From positions 1-30,219 of the forward strand of contig CAUBUJ010000001.1 in the NCBI GenBank assembly GCA_958439155.1: a stretch of DNA of 30,219 nt, written 5' to 3'. The notes beneath the pieces are model-generated. The model was not told the DNA's origin, did no database searches, and worked only from the letters and a program-made list of their open reading frames with translations. Source of the DNA: an uncultured Veillonellaceae bacterium. GTDB lineage: Bacteria; Bacillota; Negativicutes; Veillonellales; Dialisteraceae. Below are positions 1 to 9,145 of the stretch, one piece after another; position 1 is the first letter of the stretch, and each line of letters opens with the position of its first letter. Made by a program: the position numbers and the translations under genes.

Positions 1-69
1 TATCAATATAGAAGAATGCTTCTTTTGGAAAGAGGCGGCCTTCAAAAATGAGTCAGTGAGGGATGCGCA

Positions 70-987
70 ATGAAAGTCTATGATGTAGTGGTGGTCGGCG
101 GCGGGCCTGCCGGGATGAACGCGGCGCTTTACGCGGCGCGGAAGGAATTGTCAGTACTGCTGGTGACGACCGATTTTGGCGGGCAGATTCTGCTTACCAG
201 TGAAATTGAGAATTACCTCGGATTTCCTTCCATTTCCGGATTTGAACTGGCAGACAAGATGGAAGCCCACCTGCGCCAGTACCCGGTGGAATTTGAAACG
301 GCCCAGGTGACAGGCATCGTCCATGAGGCGGATGATACCTTCACGCTTCATCTGGATGACGGGAAGACGGCGGCAGGGAAGACCTGCATCGTTACCGCCG
401 GCAAGCGGAGCCGCACTCTGAATATCCCAGGCGAAGCGGCTTTCACCGGCCGGGGCGTGAGCTACTGCGCCACCTGCGACGCGCCTTTCTACCGGAAGAA
501 AACGGTCGCTGTGGTCGGCGGCGGGGACAGCGCTGTCCAGGCGGCGATCGAGCTTTCCGCGCTCTGCCCGAAAGTGTACCTGGTGGTGCGGAGCCGCATC
601 CGCGCCCAGGAAATTCTGGTGAAGCGCATGAAGGAGCATGAAAATATAGAAGTGCTTCTCGGATATACGCCGGAAACCATTGAAGGCACGAAGAAGGTGG
701 AGAGCCTCACCGTGAAGAAAAGCGCTTCTGGAGAGACAAAGACGATCGCTGTGGAAGGGTGCTTCGTTGAAGCCGGGGGCATTCCCAACAGTGGCTTCCT
801 CCCGGCAGGGGTAGAGATGAACGGCACCGGGGAGATTATCACCGACAAGGAAGGGCGGACCACCGTGCCCGGCCTTTTCGCGGCAGGGGATGTGACGAAC
901 TGCCCCAATAAGCAGGTCATCATCGCGGCAGGAGAAGGAGCGGCAGCGGCTCTGGCAGCACATGAGTACCTGCTGATGAAGGAATGA
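70..987 (+). CDS. trxB: Thioredoxin-disulfide reductase (low-MW TrxR family flavoprotein)
   Basis: FAD motif GGGPAG, redox-active YCATCD, nucleotide-binding VVGGGDSA and C-terminal GLFAAGD; 305 aa; upstream GAGGGA SD. Confidence 0.88.
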   Translation: MKVYDVVVVGGGPAGMNAALYAARKELSVLLVTTDFGGQILLTSEIENYLGFPSISGFELADKMEAHLRQYPVEFETAQVTGIVHEADDTFTLHLDDGKTAAGKTCIVTAGKRSRTLNIPGEAAFTGRGVSYCATCDAPFYRKKTVAVVGGGDSAVQAAIELSALCPKVYLVVRSRIRAQEILVKRMKEHENIEVLLGYTPETIEGTKKVESLTVKKSASGETKTIAVEGCFVEAGGIPNSGFLPAGVEMNGTGEIITDKEGRTTVPGLFAAGDVTNCPNKQVIIAAGEGAAAALAAHEYLLMKE

Positions 988-1652
988 GAGTCACCAAGGC
1001 TGTCAAAAAAGAGCAGCTTGCCCGTCTGGCCGCCGCTTACGGCAATGAGAAAACGGCGCTTCATTACTCCAATCCCTTTACGTTTCTCGTAGCGGTCATG
1101 CTTTCTGCCCAGTGCACCGACGCGAGAGTCAATGTGATTACGGCCCGTATTTTTCCTCGCCTGGACAGCCCGGAGAAAATGATCCAGCTGAGCCTTCCCG
1201 AATTGGAACGGGAGATCCGCGACTGCGGTCTCTACCATTCGAAAGCAAAGCACCTTCTGGAGACCTGCCAGATCCTTCTCGACCGGTACGGCGGGGAGGT
1301 GCCAGAAGATTTTGACGCCTTGACAAGTCTGCCCGGGGTGGGGCGGAAAACCGCCAATGTGGTGCGGAGCGTCCTCTGGAATTATCCGGCCATCGCCGTA
1401 GACACCCATGTATTCCGCGTGTCCAACCGTCTGAAGCTCGCGGTAGGGAAAACGCCTCTCGAAGTGGAAGAAGGACTGCAGAAAGCGATCCCTATGGAAG
1501 ACTGGTCCGCTGCCCATCACTGGCTCATCTGGCATGGACGGAAAGTCTGTCACGCCAGAAAGCCTGACTGCGGGACTTGTTTCCTTCTCGATATCTGTCC
1601 TTTCGGAGAAAAGGCGATGAAAGAGAGCGCGCGGAAGGAAATGAAACAATAG
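984..1652 (+). CDS. nth: Endonuclease III (HhH-GPD glycosylase, 4Fe-4S)
   Basis: LSAQCTD, HhH LPGVGRKTANV, AVDTHVFRV and FeS motif C-HARKPD-C-GT-C-FLLDI-C; ATGA overlap with trxB. Confidence 0.96.
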   Translation: MRVTKAVKKEQLARLAAAYGNEKTALHYSNPFTFLVAVMLSAQCTDARVNVITARIFPRLDSPEKMIQLSLPELEREIRDCGLYHSKAKHLLETCQILLDRYGGEVPEDFDALTSLPGVGRKTANVVRSVLWNYPAIAVDTHVFRVSNRLKLAVGKTPLEVEEGLQKAIPMEDWSAAHHWLIWHGRKVCHARKPDCGTCFLLDICPFGEKAMKESARKEMKQ

Positions 1653-1706
1653 CATAAGGGGAAAGGATTCTCCATCTGCCCTGGGGCAGGCCGTTCCCGA
1701 CAAAAT

Positions 1707-1736
1707 AAAGCCGTTTCCCGTGAGGCGGCTTTTTTT
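1707..1736 (+). terminator. Intrinsic terminator after trxB-nth
   Basis: AAAGCCGTTTC-ccgt-GAGGCGGCTTT stem followed by a T run. Confidence 0.75.
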
Positions 1737-1906
1737 ATGCGGGAAGGTCTGTATAATTTCAGTATGAAAAATGCATAGTTATACTCTCGGCGCCGCATGG
1801 GGAATTTTGGGCCCCGGAAGGTCCGCCTCTTGGCGGAGAGAAAGGTTCTCACGTCCAGTATGGGAATAAATGCATAGGGTCATGCCGATTTGGCAGAGCC
1901 TGTAAA

Positions 1907-1935
1907 TTGACATGGATGAATAAATATGCTACCAT
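1907..1935 (+). promoter_or_regulatory. Sigma-A promoter with an ArgR-type ARG box in the spacer
   Basis: TTGACA (1907-1912), 17 bp, TGc-TACCAT (1930-1935). The spacer contains ATGAATAAATATGC, continuing as TA, which resembles the ARG core TGMAT-W4-ATKCA. Confidence 0.7.
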
Positions 1936-1964
1936 ACTGCAATACAAAAGATGGAGAGGATATT

Positions 1965-2717
1965 ATGAGCGACCAAGACAAAGTGATTTACGATATCCGG
2001 CATCTGAAGAAAAATTTCGGATCGCTGGAAGTGCTGAGAGATATCAGCATGTCCATACATAATGGGGAAGTGCTGACCATTATCGGCCCCTCCGGGTCAG
2101 GGAAGAGCACCTTTCTCCGGTGTCTCAATCTGCTGGAGCAGCCTATCGGCGGCGAGCTCTGGTTTGAAGGGAAGAAAATTGACGCGAAGACGGATGTGAA
2201 GATGCTCCGCCGCGACGTGGGCATGGTGTTCCAGCAGTTCAATTTGTTCCCCATGTTCACAGTGCTGAAAAACGTGATGTATGCGCCGATGCATATCCGG
2301 AAGACCCCGGAAAAAGAAGCGAAAGAACAGGCGATGGAACTGCTTTCCCAGGTGGGTATGGCTGATCACATCAACTTCTACCCGGAACAGCTTTCCGGCG
2401 GGCAGCAGCAGCGCGTGGCCATCGCCAGGGCTCTGGCGATGAAGCCGAAAATGCTTCTTTTCGATGAACCGACTTCCGCGCTCGATCCGGAACTGGTCGG
2501 GGATGTACTGGAAGTCATGAAAGAAGTGGCCCTCCACGGCATGACCATGGCAGTGGTCACCCATGAAATGCAGTTCGCCCGCTCTGTATCCAACCGGGTG
2601 GTCTTCATGGATAAAGGATACATTGTAGAGCAGGGTGCGCCGGAAGAAATCTTCACGCATCCGAAGGAAGAACGGACACAGACCTTCCTGAAGCGTCTGC
2701 TCCACGCGGATATTTAA
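1965..2717 (+). CDS. Polar amino-acid ABC transporter ATP-binding subunit (GlnQ/ArtM family)
   Basis: Walker [10 protein letters not shown], signature [15 protein letters not shown], Walker [14 protein letters not shown]. Start set at ATG 1965 behind the GGAGAGGA SD. Confidence 0.93.
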   Translation: MSDQDKVIYDIRHLKKNFGSLEVLRDISMSIHNGEVLTIIGPSGSGKSTFLRCLNLLEQPIGGELWFEGKKIDAKTDVKMLRRDVGMVFQQFNLFPMFTVLKNVMYAPMHIRKTPEKEAKEQAMELLSQVGMADHINFYPEQLSGGQQQRVAIARALAMKPKMLLFDEPTSALDPELVGDVLEVMKEVALHGMTMAVVTHEMQFARSVSNRVVFMDKGYIVEQGAPEEIFTHPKEERTQTFLKRLLHADI

Positions 2718-2729
2718 GGGAGGCGCAAT

Positions 2730-3422
2730 ATGGATTTAGTAATTGATACCGCTGTCAAGTATAATGATATATTCATGGCCGGCGTGAAGGTGACCATCGT
2801 CATCTCCATTCTGTCCTGCATTTTCGGCCTGCTTCTTGGTATTGTGCTGGCGTTTATGAAAATTTCCGGCATCAAGATTCTCCAGGCTATTGCCACCGTC
2901 TATGTGGAAGTGATCCGCGGTACGCCGATTCTGGTTCAGATTTCCCTGGTTTTCTTCGGCCTTCCTTTCCTGGGCATTCATTTCCCGAGCTTCCAGTTCA
3001 TGGGCGTGGATTTTGAACGTCTCTCCGCGGGCATTCTGGCGCTCATTATCAATTCCGGCGCCTACGAATGTGAAATTGTCCGCTCCGGCATCCAGTCCAT
3101 CGGCAAGGGCCAGCTGGAAGGGGCGATGTCTCTTGGCTTTTCCAAATGGGAATCCATGGTGCGCATCATCATTCCCCAGGCGATCAAAAACATTCTGCCT
3201 GTCATCGGCAATGAATTTGTGACCCTCATCAAGGAATCGTCCCAGGTGTCCGTCATCGGCATGGCCGACCTGATGTATACAGCTACTACCATCCAGGGGA
3301 TCAGCTTCCAGCCGTTCCCGCCGCTGGTGATTGTCGCGGTGTACTACTTCGTACTCACTTTCGTGGTTTCCAATGTGCTCCGTGTACTGGAATGGAAATT
3401 TAAGATCAAATCCGTACGGTAA
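2730..3422 (+). CDS. Polar amino-acid ABC transporter permease (HisM/GlnP family)
   Basis: IRGTPILVQ, EAA loop EIVRSGIQSIGKGQLEGAMSLG, GNEFVTLIKESS; GGAGG SD. Confidence 0.93.
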   Translation: MDLVIDTAVKYNDIFMAGVKVTIVISILSCIFGLLLGIVLAFMKISGIKILQAIATVYVEVIRGTPILVQISLVFFGLPFLGIHFPSFQFMGVDFERLSAGILALIINSGAYECEIVRSGIQSIGKGQLEGAMSLGFSKWESMVRIIIPQAIKNILPVIGNEFVTLIKESSQVSVIGMADLMYTATTIQGISFQPFPPLVIVAVYYFVLTFVVSNVLRVLEWKFKIKSVR

Positions 3423-3535
3423 GAGCCTTTTCAATTTCATAGTTTAAGCAGAGATGCCGTGCCTATCGCTCAGGTTTTCCTTGATGGTTCCTGGGCGGAT
3501 AGGTGTTTTTATTGGCAAAGCAAGGGGGACTTAAA

Positions 3536-4381
3536 ATGAACAAAATGTGGAAAATGGCAGCAGCAGGAATGGCGGCGGCAGCGGTCATCGCAGGTATCGC
3601 CGGATGCGGAGGAAGCAGCGACAAGAAGGCGGCGTCTTCCGCCTCTGCCGCGCAGGATGGGGCGCTCATCCAGCAGATCAAACAGAAAGGCAAGCTCGTG
3701 GTAGGCACCGCGTCGGGCTTCCCGCCTTATGAATTTGTGGATACGTCGAAAGCGCAGAAAGAAGTGATCGGCATCGATATCGCCCTTGCCCAGAAGATCG
3801 CTGATAAACTGGGTGTAAAGCTGGAAGTGCAGGATATGAGCTTCTCCGCGCTCCTTTCTTCCATCAGCGCCAAGAAAATTGATATCGCCATCGCCGGCAT
3901 CAATCCGTCGGACGAACGGAAGAAAGCGGTGGATTTCTCTAAATCCTACCTGAACGCGCCGCAGATTCTTCTCATCCGTGCCGCTGATAAGGATAAGTAC
4001 AAGACCCTTGAAGATTTCCGGGGCAAAACCATCGGCGCCCAGAAATCGACCCTTCAGGAAAAGCTTGCCCATGAACAGGTACCGGATTCCAAAGTGGTGG
4101 CTCTTGATAAAGTGCCGGATGCCCTCATTGAACTGGAACACGGGAAAGTGGACGCGGTCGCCTGCCAGGGCGTGGTCGCCCAGCAGTACCTGGTGGTGAA
4201 TCCTGATCTGGCAGACCCGGGCATCCATTTCGATGTGAAGAGCTCTACCGCGGTAGCCATCCCCAAGGGCAATGAAGATCTGGTGAAGCTCATTGACGGC
4301 GTCATCGATGAAAACCAGGACAATATCCAGAGCTGGATCAAGGAATACAGCGAAAAAGCCGTAGCCAACGCGAAGAAGTAA
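3536..4381 (+). CDS. Amino-acid ABC substrate-binding lipoprotein (family 3, probably Arg/basic amino acids)
   Basis: Lipobox IAGC after a basic/hydrophobic signal; GTASGFPPYEF, GIDIALA, ERKKAVDFS; ATG 3536 behind AGGGGG. Confidence 0.9.
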   Translation: MNKMWKMAAAGMAAAAVIAGIAGCGGSSDKKAASSASAAQDGALIQQIKQKGKLVVGTASGFPPYEFVDTSKAQKEVIGIDIALAQKIADKLGVKLEVQDMSFSALLSSISAKKIDIAIAGINPSDERKKAVDFSKSYLNAPQILLIRAADKDKYKTLEDFRGKTIGAQKSTLQEKLAHEQVPDSKVVALDKVPDALIELEHGKVDAVACQGVVAQQYLVVNPDLADPGIHFDVKSSTAVAIPKGNEDLVKLIDGVIDENQDNIQSWIKEYSEKAVANAKK

Positions 4382-4392
4382 AAGCGAATATA

Positions 4393-4421
4393 TTTACGCT
4401 TATCAATATGCATGATATACT
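4393..4421 (+). promoter_or_regulatory. Putative sigma-A promoter of lysA
   Basis: TTTACG, 17 bp, TGa-TATACT (extended -10). Confidence 0.55.
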
Positions 4422-4449
4422 GGGATAAAAACGATGAGAGGAGACTCGC

Positions 4450-5721
4450 ATGTCAAAGAAAACATTACCATGCGCAGATGAGAAAATCAAAGAACTGGCT
4501 GCCCAGTACGGCACGCCTTTCCATTTGTATGACGAAAAAGGCATCAAGGACTGCGTGAAGCGGCTCCAGGCGGCTTTTTCGTGGAATCCAAATTTCCATG
4601 AATATTTCGCGGTGAAAGCGACGCCCAATCCGTGGATCATGAAGCTCCTGAAAGAGATGAATGTAGGCGCTGACTGCAGCTCCATGGCGGAATTGGTCCT
4701 GTCAGAGACAGTGGGCCTTTCGGGGGACAACATTGTTTTTTCTTCCAACGATACGGCTGACGCGGAATTCCAGAAAGCCCATGAGCTGGGAGCCATCATC
4801 AATCTGGATGACCTGTCCAATGTGGATGATCTGGAACGGCTCGGCATTGTGCCGGACAAGATCTGCTTCCGCTACAATCCTGGACCGGATCTGGCCAGAG
4901 GGAATGCCATCATCGGCAAGCCGGAAGAAGCGAAGTACGGCATGACCAGAGACCAGCTCTTCCAGTGCGCCACTTGGGCGAAGAAAAAAGGCATTCCTTA
5001 CATCGGCATCCACACCATGGTCATTTCCTGTGAGCTTCAGTTAGACGGTCTCCTGGGGACGATTTCCATGATGTTTGACCTGGCCAATGAAATTCGCGAG
5101 AAGCTGGGCATTACGGTAAGCTTCATCGACTTCGGCGGCGGCATCGGCATTCCCTACCGCCTCGATGAGGAACCGGTGGATCTGGCCGCTCTCGGCGCCG
5201 GAGCCAAGGCCCTTTTTGAAGAAAAGATGAAGGGCTTCGACAAGACGAGAATTTCCTTTGAATGCGGCCGTGTCATCACCGGGCCGTACGGATACCTCGT
5301 GGCAAAAGCGATCCACTACAAGAATATTTACCGGAAGTATATCGGTCTCGACGCGTGCATGGCCGATCTGATGCGTCCTGCCATGTACGGCTCCTACCAT
5401 CACATCACCGTGGTAGGCAAGGAACAGGAACCGCTCACGGAAGTGTATGACGTGACAGGGTCTCTCTGCGAAAACAATGATAAATTCGCCGTGCAGAGAC
5501 ATCTCCCGAAGATCGACACAGGGGATCTCTTGGTCATTCACGACGCAGGCGCCCACGGCCACAGCATGGGCTTCAATTACAACGGCAAGCTCCGTCACCA
5601 GGAACTGCTTCTCCATGAAGACGGCACAGTGACGAAGATCCGCCGGAATGAAACTTTGTCCGATCTCTTCGCCACCCTCGATTTCCCGGGGCTTGCGGAG
5701 AACGCGAAGAAAGTCAAATAA
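4450..5721 (+). CDS. lysA: Diaminopimelate decarboxylase
   Basis: YGTPFHLYDE, PLP lysine FAVKATPN, DFGGGIG, ECGR, LMRPAMYG, GSLCENND, GAHGHSMGFNYN. Confidence 0.92.
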   Translation: MSKKTLPCADEKIKELAAQYGTPFHLYDEKGIKDCVKRLQAAFSWNPNFHEYFAVKATPNPWIMKLLKEMNVGADCSSMAELVLSETVGLSGDNIVFSSNDTADAEFQKAHELGAIINLDDLSNVDDLERLGIVPDKICFRYNPGPDLARGNAIIGKPEEAKYGMTRDQLFQCATWAKKKGIPYIGIHTMVISCELQLDGLLGTISMMFDLANEIREKLGITVSFIDFGGGIGIPYRLDEEPVDLAALGAGAKALFEEKMKGFDKTRISFECGRVITGPYGYLVAKAIHYKNIYRKYIGLDACMADLMRPAMYGSYHHITVVGKEQEPLTEVYDVTGSLCENNDKFAVQRHLPKIDTGDLLVIHDAGAHGHSMGFNYNGKLRHQELLLHEDGTVTKIRRNETLSDLFATLDFPGLAENAKKVK

Positions 5722-5732
5722 GTGAGTCTATG

Positions 5733-5762
5733 AAAAGGCAGTCCTTCCGGGCTGTCTTTTTT
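5733..5762 (+). terminator. Intrinsic terminator of lysA
   Basis: AAAAGGCAGTCC-ttcc-GGGCTGTCTTTT plus T run. Confidence 0.8.
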
Positions 5763-5823
5763 GATGCCCTCCATGGGCGGTCCTGCTTTCGCGGGCAGCG
5801 CCCGGAGAGGACTGCTTCACCGC

Positions 5824-5865
5824 AAAAAAAGACTGCCCTATGCAGGAAGGCATAAGACAGTCTTT
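5824..5865 (-). terminator. Intrinsic terminator of the minus-strand orphan gene
   Basis: On the minus strand AAAGACTGTCTTATGC-cttcct-GCATAGGGCAGTCTTTTTTT, immediately after the stop. Confidence 0.8.
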
Positions 5866-5869
5866 CTCT

Positions 5870-6295
5870 CTATTTATTTTTTGAGATGGCCGCGTTTTTG
5901 AGAGGCTCCCAGTCCGCTGCGAGGGCTTTTAATTCCGCTAATTTCTGGCGCAGCTCCTTGAGAGGGACTCCGTCCCATTCATCTCGCCATTTGACTTGGT
6001 AACGGTCTATATCATGGATAATTTCACCGATCAATTGTACGTCATTTACATCTGGGATACATACAGTGCCTTCGGGATCTTCATCCCAAGTGATGACCGT
6101 ATGCTTCGAATCGGCGCTTACAAAAAATAACCCCGGTCCTTCCGCGTCAAAGGTCATTTCCAATGGGGCATTGTCCTTGATCCTGCGAATGCAGGCGTTC
6201 ATGCAGTCAAAAGGTACATTGGTCAGGTAACTGGCATATTCATGAAACGAACCAATGGTGACTTTACTCCATCCGCAATCTGGTTTTCCCAACAT
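5870..6295 (-). CDS. Hypothetical protein (141 aa, acidic, Trp-rich)
   Basis: Only long ORF in the interval, with an AGAAAGGA SD, -10-like hexamers at about 6361-6378 and its own terminator. No family recognised. Confidence 0.8.
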   Translation of the reverse strand: MLGKPDCGWSKVTIGSFHEYASYLTNVPFDCMNACIRRIKDNAPLEMTFDAEGPGLFFVSADSKHTVITWDEDPEGTVCIPDVNDVQLIGEIIHDIDRYQVKWRDEWDGVPLKELRQKLAELKALAADWEPLKNAAISKNK

Positions 6296-6517
6296 GGCAG
6301 CGTCCTTTCTCCCTATGAATTTCTTGGGGCAGCAAATATCAGGAATTAATAACTATCCATAGTATATCATAATTATAGTATGAAATAAAGAGAAAAAAGA
6401 TTACTATGGAAAGAGGGGCAAAGGGTATTTTGCTGTTCCGGAGAATAAGAAAGGGACTGGAACTGACAGAGCTATGCAGGAAGTCCTGGCCGGCTTTTTT
6501 ATGGGCCCTTCTATCTA

Positions 6518-6526
6518 TGGTATAAT
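6518..6526 (+). promoter_or_regulatory. Extended -10 promoter of the lspA-rluD operon
   Basis: TGgTATAAT about 30 nt upstream of the lspA start. Confidence 0.6.
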
Positions 6527-6556
6527 GAAACAATATCAAATTGTACAGGAGGATGC

Positions 6557-6997
6557 ATGCATACCTTATTGACAGCGGCGGTGGTGACCGTCTTGGATCA
6601 GTTTGTGAAATGGTTTGTCCAGGGCCATATGGAACTGGGCGAGTCCATTCCGGTCATTCCCGGCATTTTTCATCTCACTTACATCATCAATCCCGGCGCG
6701 GCTTTCGGCATTCTGGAATACCAGCATTTGTTCTTTCTCTCCCTGGTGGTCGTGCTGTACCTCGCCTACGGCTATGTATGGTACCGCGGTAAAATCCCCG
6801 CGAAGCCTCTCTATTTCCCCTGCGGGATCGGGCTTCTTCTCGGAGGGGCTCTTGGGAATGCCATCGACCGGGCGCGCATGGCCGGGGTGGTGGACTTTTT
6901 CGATTTCCGGATCTGGCCGATTTTTAATGTGGCGGATATTGCCATCTGCGTCGGGGTGGCGCTGATTTTACTGTATTTCTGGAGGCACAGCGACTGA
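6557..6997 (+). CDS. lspA: Lipoprotein signal peptidase II
   Basis: DQFVK, NPGAAFG, GGALGNAIDR, VVDF, FNVADIAI; AGGAGG SD. Confidence 0.96.
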   Translation: MHTLLTAAVVTVLDQFVKWFVQGHMELGESIPVIPGIFHLTYIINPGAAFGILEYQHLFFLSLVVVLYLAYGYVWYRGKIPAKPLYFPCGIGLLLGGALGNAIDRARMAGVVDFFDFRIWPIFNVADIAICVGVALILLYFWRHSD

Positions 6998-7923
6998 TGA
7001 AAACCTATTCTTTTGTGATCGATGGAAGCCACGCGGATATGCGGCTCGACCAGTTTCTCGCGGAATGTACCGAGCTGAACCGGTCAGAAGTGCAGAAGGA
7101 AATCAAAAACGGCGGCGTCACTCTTGGGAATGGGAAGAAGGCGAAAGCCAATTTCCGCCTTACCGAAGGACTTGCGGTGACTCTTTCCTATGAGGAACCC
7201 AAAAAATTGGAGCTCCTTCCCGAGGATATTCCCCTTCATATTCTTTATGAAGATGAGGATATGATCGTTATCGACAAGGCGCGGGGCATGGTGGTCCATC
7301 CCGGATCGGGAAATCCGGACGGGACGCTGGTGAATGCTCTTCTTTTCCATGTCGGAGACAGTCTCCGCGCCGTAGGGGATCCGGAGCGGCCGGGCATTGT
7401 GCACCGCCTCGACAAGGATACGTCCGGCGTGATGGTGGCGGCCAAGACACAGCGCGCCTATGAGGCGCTCCGGGAAGAAATCGGCACGCACACCGCGAAA
7501 CGGCGCTATGTCACGCTGGTCCATGGGAAAATGGCAGGGGACCACGGCATTATCCGTCTCCCTCTCGGGCGAAGCACGAAGGACCGCATGAAATGGGATG
7601 TGGAACCGAAAACGGGAAAGCCTGCAGTGACCCATTTCCATGTGCTCGAATACCTGCCCCATTATTCATGGCTCGCCTGCGAGCTGGAAACGGGACGGAC
7701 CCACCAGATCCGCGTGCACATGGCTTATATCGGCCATCCTGTGGTGAATGATCCTCTCTATGGATATAAAAAGGACCATTTCCCCATTGAGGGGCAGGCC
7801 CTTCACTCAAGGACGCTCGATCTGACCCATCCTGTCACGGGAGAGGCTATGCATTTTGAGGCGCCTATTCCGCCGGATATGGAAGCGTGCCTGGCGCTTG
7901 CGAGGAAGGAAGATACATTATGA
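6997..7923 (+). CDS. rluD: RluA/RluD-family 23S rRNA pseudouridine synthase with N-terminal S4 domain
   Basis: RLDQFL S4 start, catalytic HRLDKDTSG, LETGRTHQIRVH, QALH; conserved lspA-rluD pairing. Confidence 0.9.
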   Translation: MKTYSFVIDGSHADMRLDQFLAECTELNRSEVQKEIKNGGVTLGNGKKAKANFRLTEGLAVTLSYEEPKKLELLPEDIPLHILYEDEDMIVIDKARGMVVHPGSGNPDGTLVNALLFHVGDSLRAVGDPERPGIVHRLDKDTSGVMVAAKTQRAYEALREEIGTHTAKRRYVTLVHGKMAGDHGIIRLPLGRSTKDRMKWDVEPKTGKPAVTHFHVLEYLPHYSWLACELETGRTHQIRVHMAYIGHPVVNDPLYGYKKDHFPIEGQALHSRTLDLTHPVTGEAMHFEAPIPPDMEACLALARKEDTL

Positions 7924-8882
7924 CGGAAAGAACGATCCATGTGCCTGGGTTCCGTATCGGAACCGCTGATGACAGGGACGGCCTTACCGGGGTGACTGTC
8001 ATTCTGGCGCCTGCCGGCGGCGCCGCTGCCGGCGTGGACGTGCGCGGCTGCGGCCCGGGAACGCGGGAGACGGACCTGCTCCAGCCGGAAAAGACGGTGG
8101 AGAAAATTCACGCGGTGGTCCTCTCCGGAGGCTCTGCCTTTGGTCTGGAGGCAAGCTGCGGCGTCATGTCCTATCTGCGGGACCAGGGCGTGGGATTTCC
8201 TGTGGGCCCTGTCCATGTGCCCATCGTGTGCGGCGCAGTCCTCTTTGACCTGCTCATTGGGAAAGCGTCAGCCTATCCTGATATGGCCATGGGGCGGCTC
8301 GCGGCGGAACGGGCAGGAACGGTCTTTCTTGTGGGCTCTGCCGGCGCCGGCATGGGCGCGACTGTCGGGAAATTCCTCGGTCCGGACCGGGCCATGAAGA
8401 GCGGCGCCGGCTACGGGGAGTGCTCTCTTCCTTCCGGTCTCTATGTAGGGGCTTATCTTGCGGTCAATGCCTGCGGGGAAGTGTATGACGAGAAAGGGAT
8501 CCTTGCAGGGATTTTAGCAGATGGGGAATCCTCCTTCATTCCTACGGAAGATCTCATTCTGAAAGGAATGCACCGCCATATGGAAGGGGCCAATACGACC
8601 ATCGGCTGCATTGTGACCAACGCGCGGCTCACCAAGGCCCAGTGCCGCGTCATCGCCGGCATGGGGCACGACGGCATGGCCCGGGCGATCCGGCCTGTCC
8701 ATACCTCTATGGATGGGGATACCCTCTTTGTGATGGCTTCCGGTGAAATAGAAGAAGCGGTGGACACGGTGGGGTGCATGGCAGAAACGGCAGTGCGCCG
8801 CGCCATTTACGACGCGGTACTTTCCGCGGAAGGCGCCGGCGGCCGTCCTGCCAGGCGGGATCTGTCGGGAAGCGCCTGCTGA
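7920..8882 (+). CDS. DmpA/P1 (S58) family self-processing aminopeptidase
   Basis: TGVTVIL, VDVRGCGPGTRET, LSGGSAFGL, GAGMGA, Asn-Thr cleavage site NTTIG, HTSMDGDTLF. ATG 7920 overlaps the rluD stop (ATGA). Confidence 0.88.
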   Translation: MTERTIHVPGFRIGTADDRDGLTGVTVILAPAGGAAAGVDVRGCGPGTRETDLLQPEKTVEKIHAVVLSGGSAFGLEASCGVMSYLRDQGVGFPVGPVHVPIVCGAVLFDLLIGKASAYPDMAMGRLAAERAGTVFLVGSAGAGMGATVGKFLGPDRAMKSGAGYGECSLPSGLYVGAYLAVNACGEVYDEKGILAGILADGESSFIPTEDLILKGMHRHMEGANTTIGCIVTNARLTKAQCRVIAGMGHDGMARAIRPVHTSMDGDTLFVMASGEIEEAVDTVGCMAETAVRRAIYDAVLSAEGAGGRPARRDLSGSAC

Positions 8883-8896
8883 GACAGAAAATATTC

Positions 8897-8924
8897 TTGA
8901 CAAAATCTATCCTTATGGTATAAT
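8897..8924 (+). promoter_or_regulatory. Consensus sigma-A promoter of tRNA-Lys
   Basis: TTGACA, 16 bp, TGg-TATAAT. Confidence 0.85.
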
Positions 8925-8938
8925 TTTATTTATTGAAC

Positions 8939-9014
8939 GGATCATTAGCTCAGTTGGTAGAGCACCTGACTCTTAATCAGGGTGTCCGGGGTTCGAGACC
9001 CTGATGATCCACCA
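8939..9014 (+). tRNA. tRNA-Lys (anticodon CTT)
   Basis: 76-nt cloverleaf: acceptor GGATCAT/ATGATCC, D arm GCTCAGTTGGTAGAGC, anticodon arm CCTGA-CTCTTAA-TCAGG, T loop TTCGAGA, encoded CCA. Confidence 0.97.
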
Positions 9015-9024
9015 AGCTGCTTAT

Positions 9025-9052
9025 CCTGCCCTGCGAGGCAGGTTATTTTTTT
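9025..9052 (+). terminator. Intrinsic terminator after tRNA-Lys
   Basis: CCTGCC-ctgcga-GGCAGG followed by TTATTTTTTT. Confidence 0.75.
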
Positions 9053-9145
9053 ATGACTTAGTTTTTTGTTTCTTAATTTAGAGTATACCTTATTCTTCTT
9101 TCCTCCTCCCTGTGCTAAAATAGAACCAAACCTGTTTGGAGGTGC

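Noticed and set aside
489..1703. 404-aa minus-strand ORF, and similar long antisense ORFs such as 26355-27593, 25507-26460 and 21922-22848
   Set aside because: All lie opposite well-supported genes and show no recognisable domains.
4382..4449. Lysine riboswitch before lysA
   Set aside because: The intergenic gap is only 68 nt and holds a plain promoter.
8990..9145. Integrative element at the tRNA-Lys 3' end
   Set aside because: The tRNA is followed directly by its terminator and thrC. I saw no integrase and no duplicated tRNA 3' end in the window.
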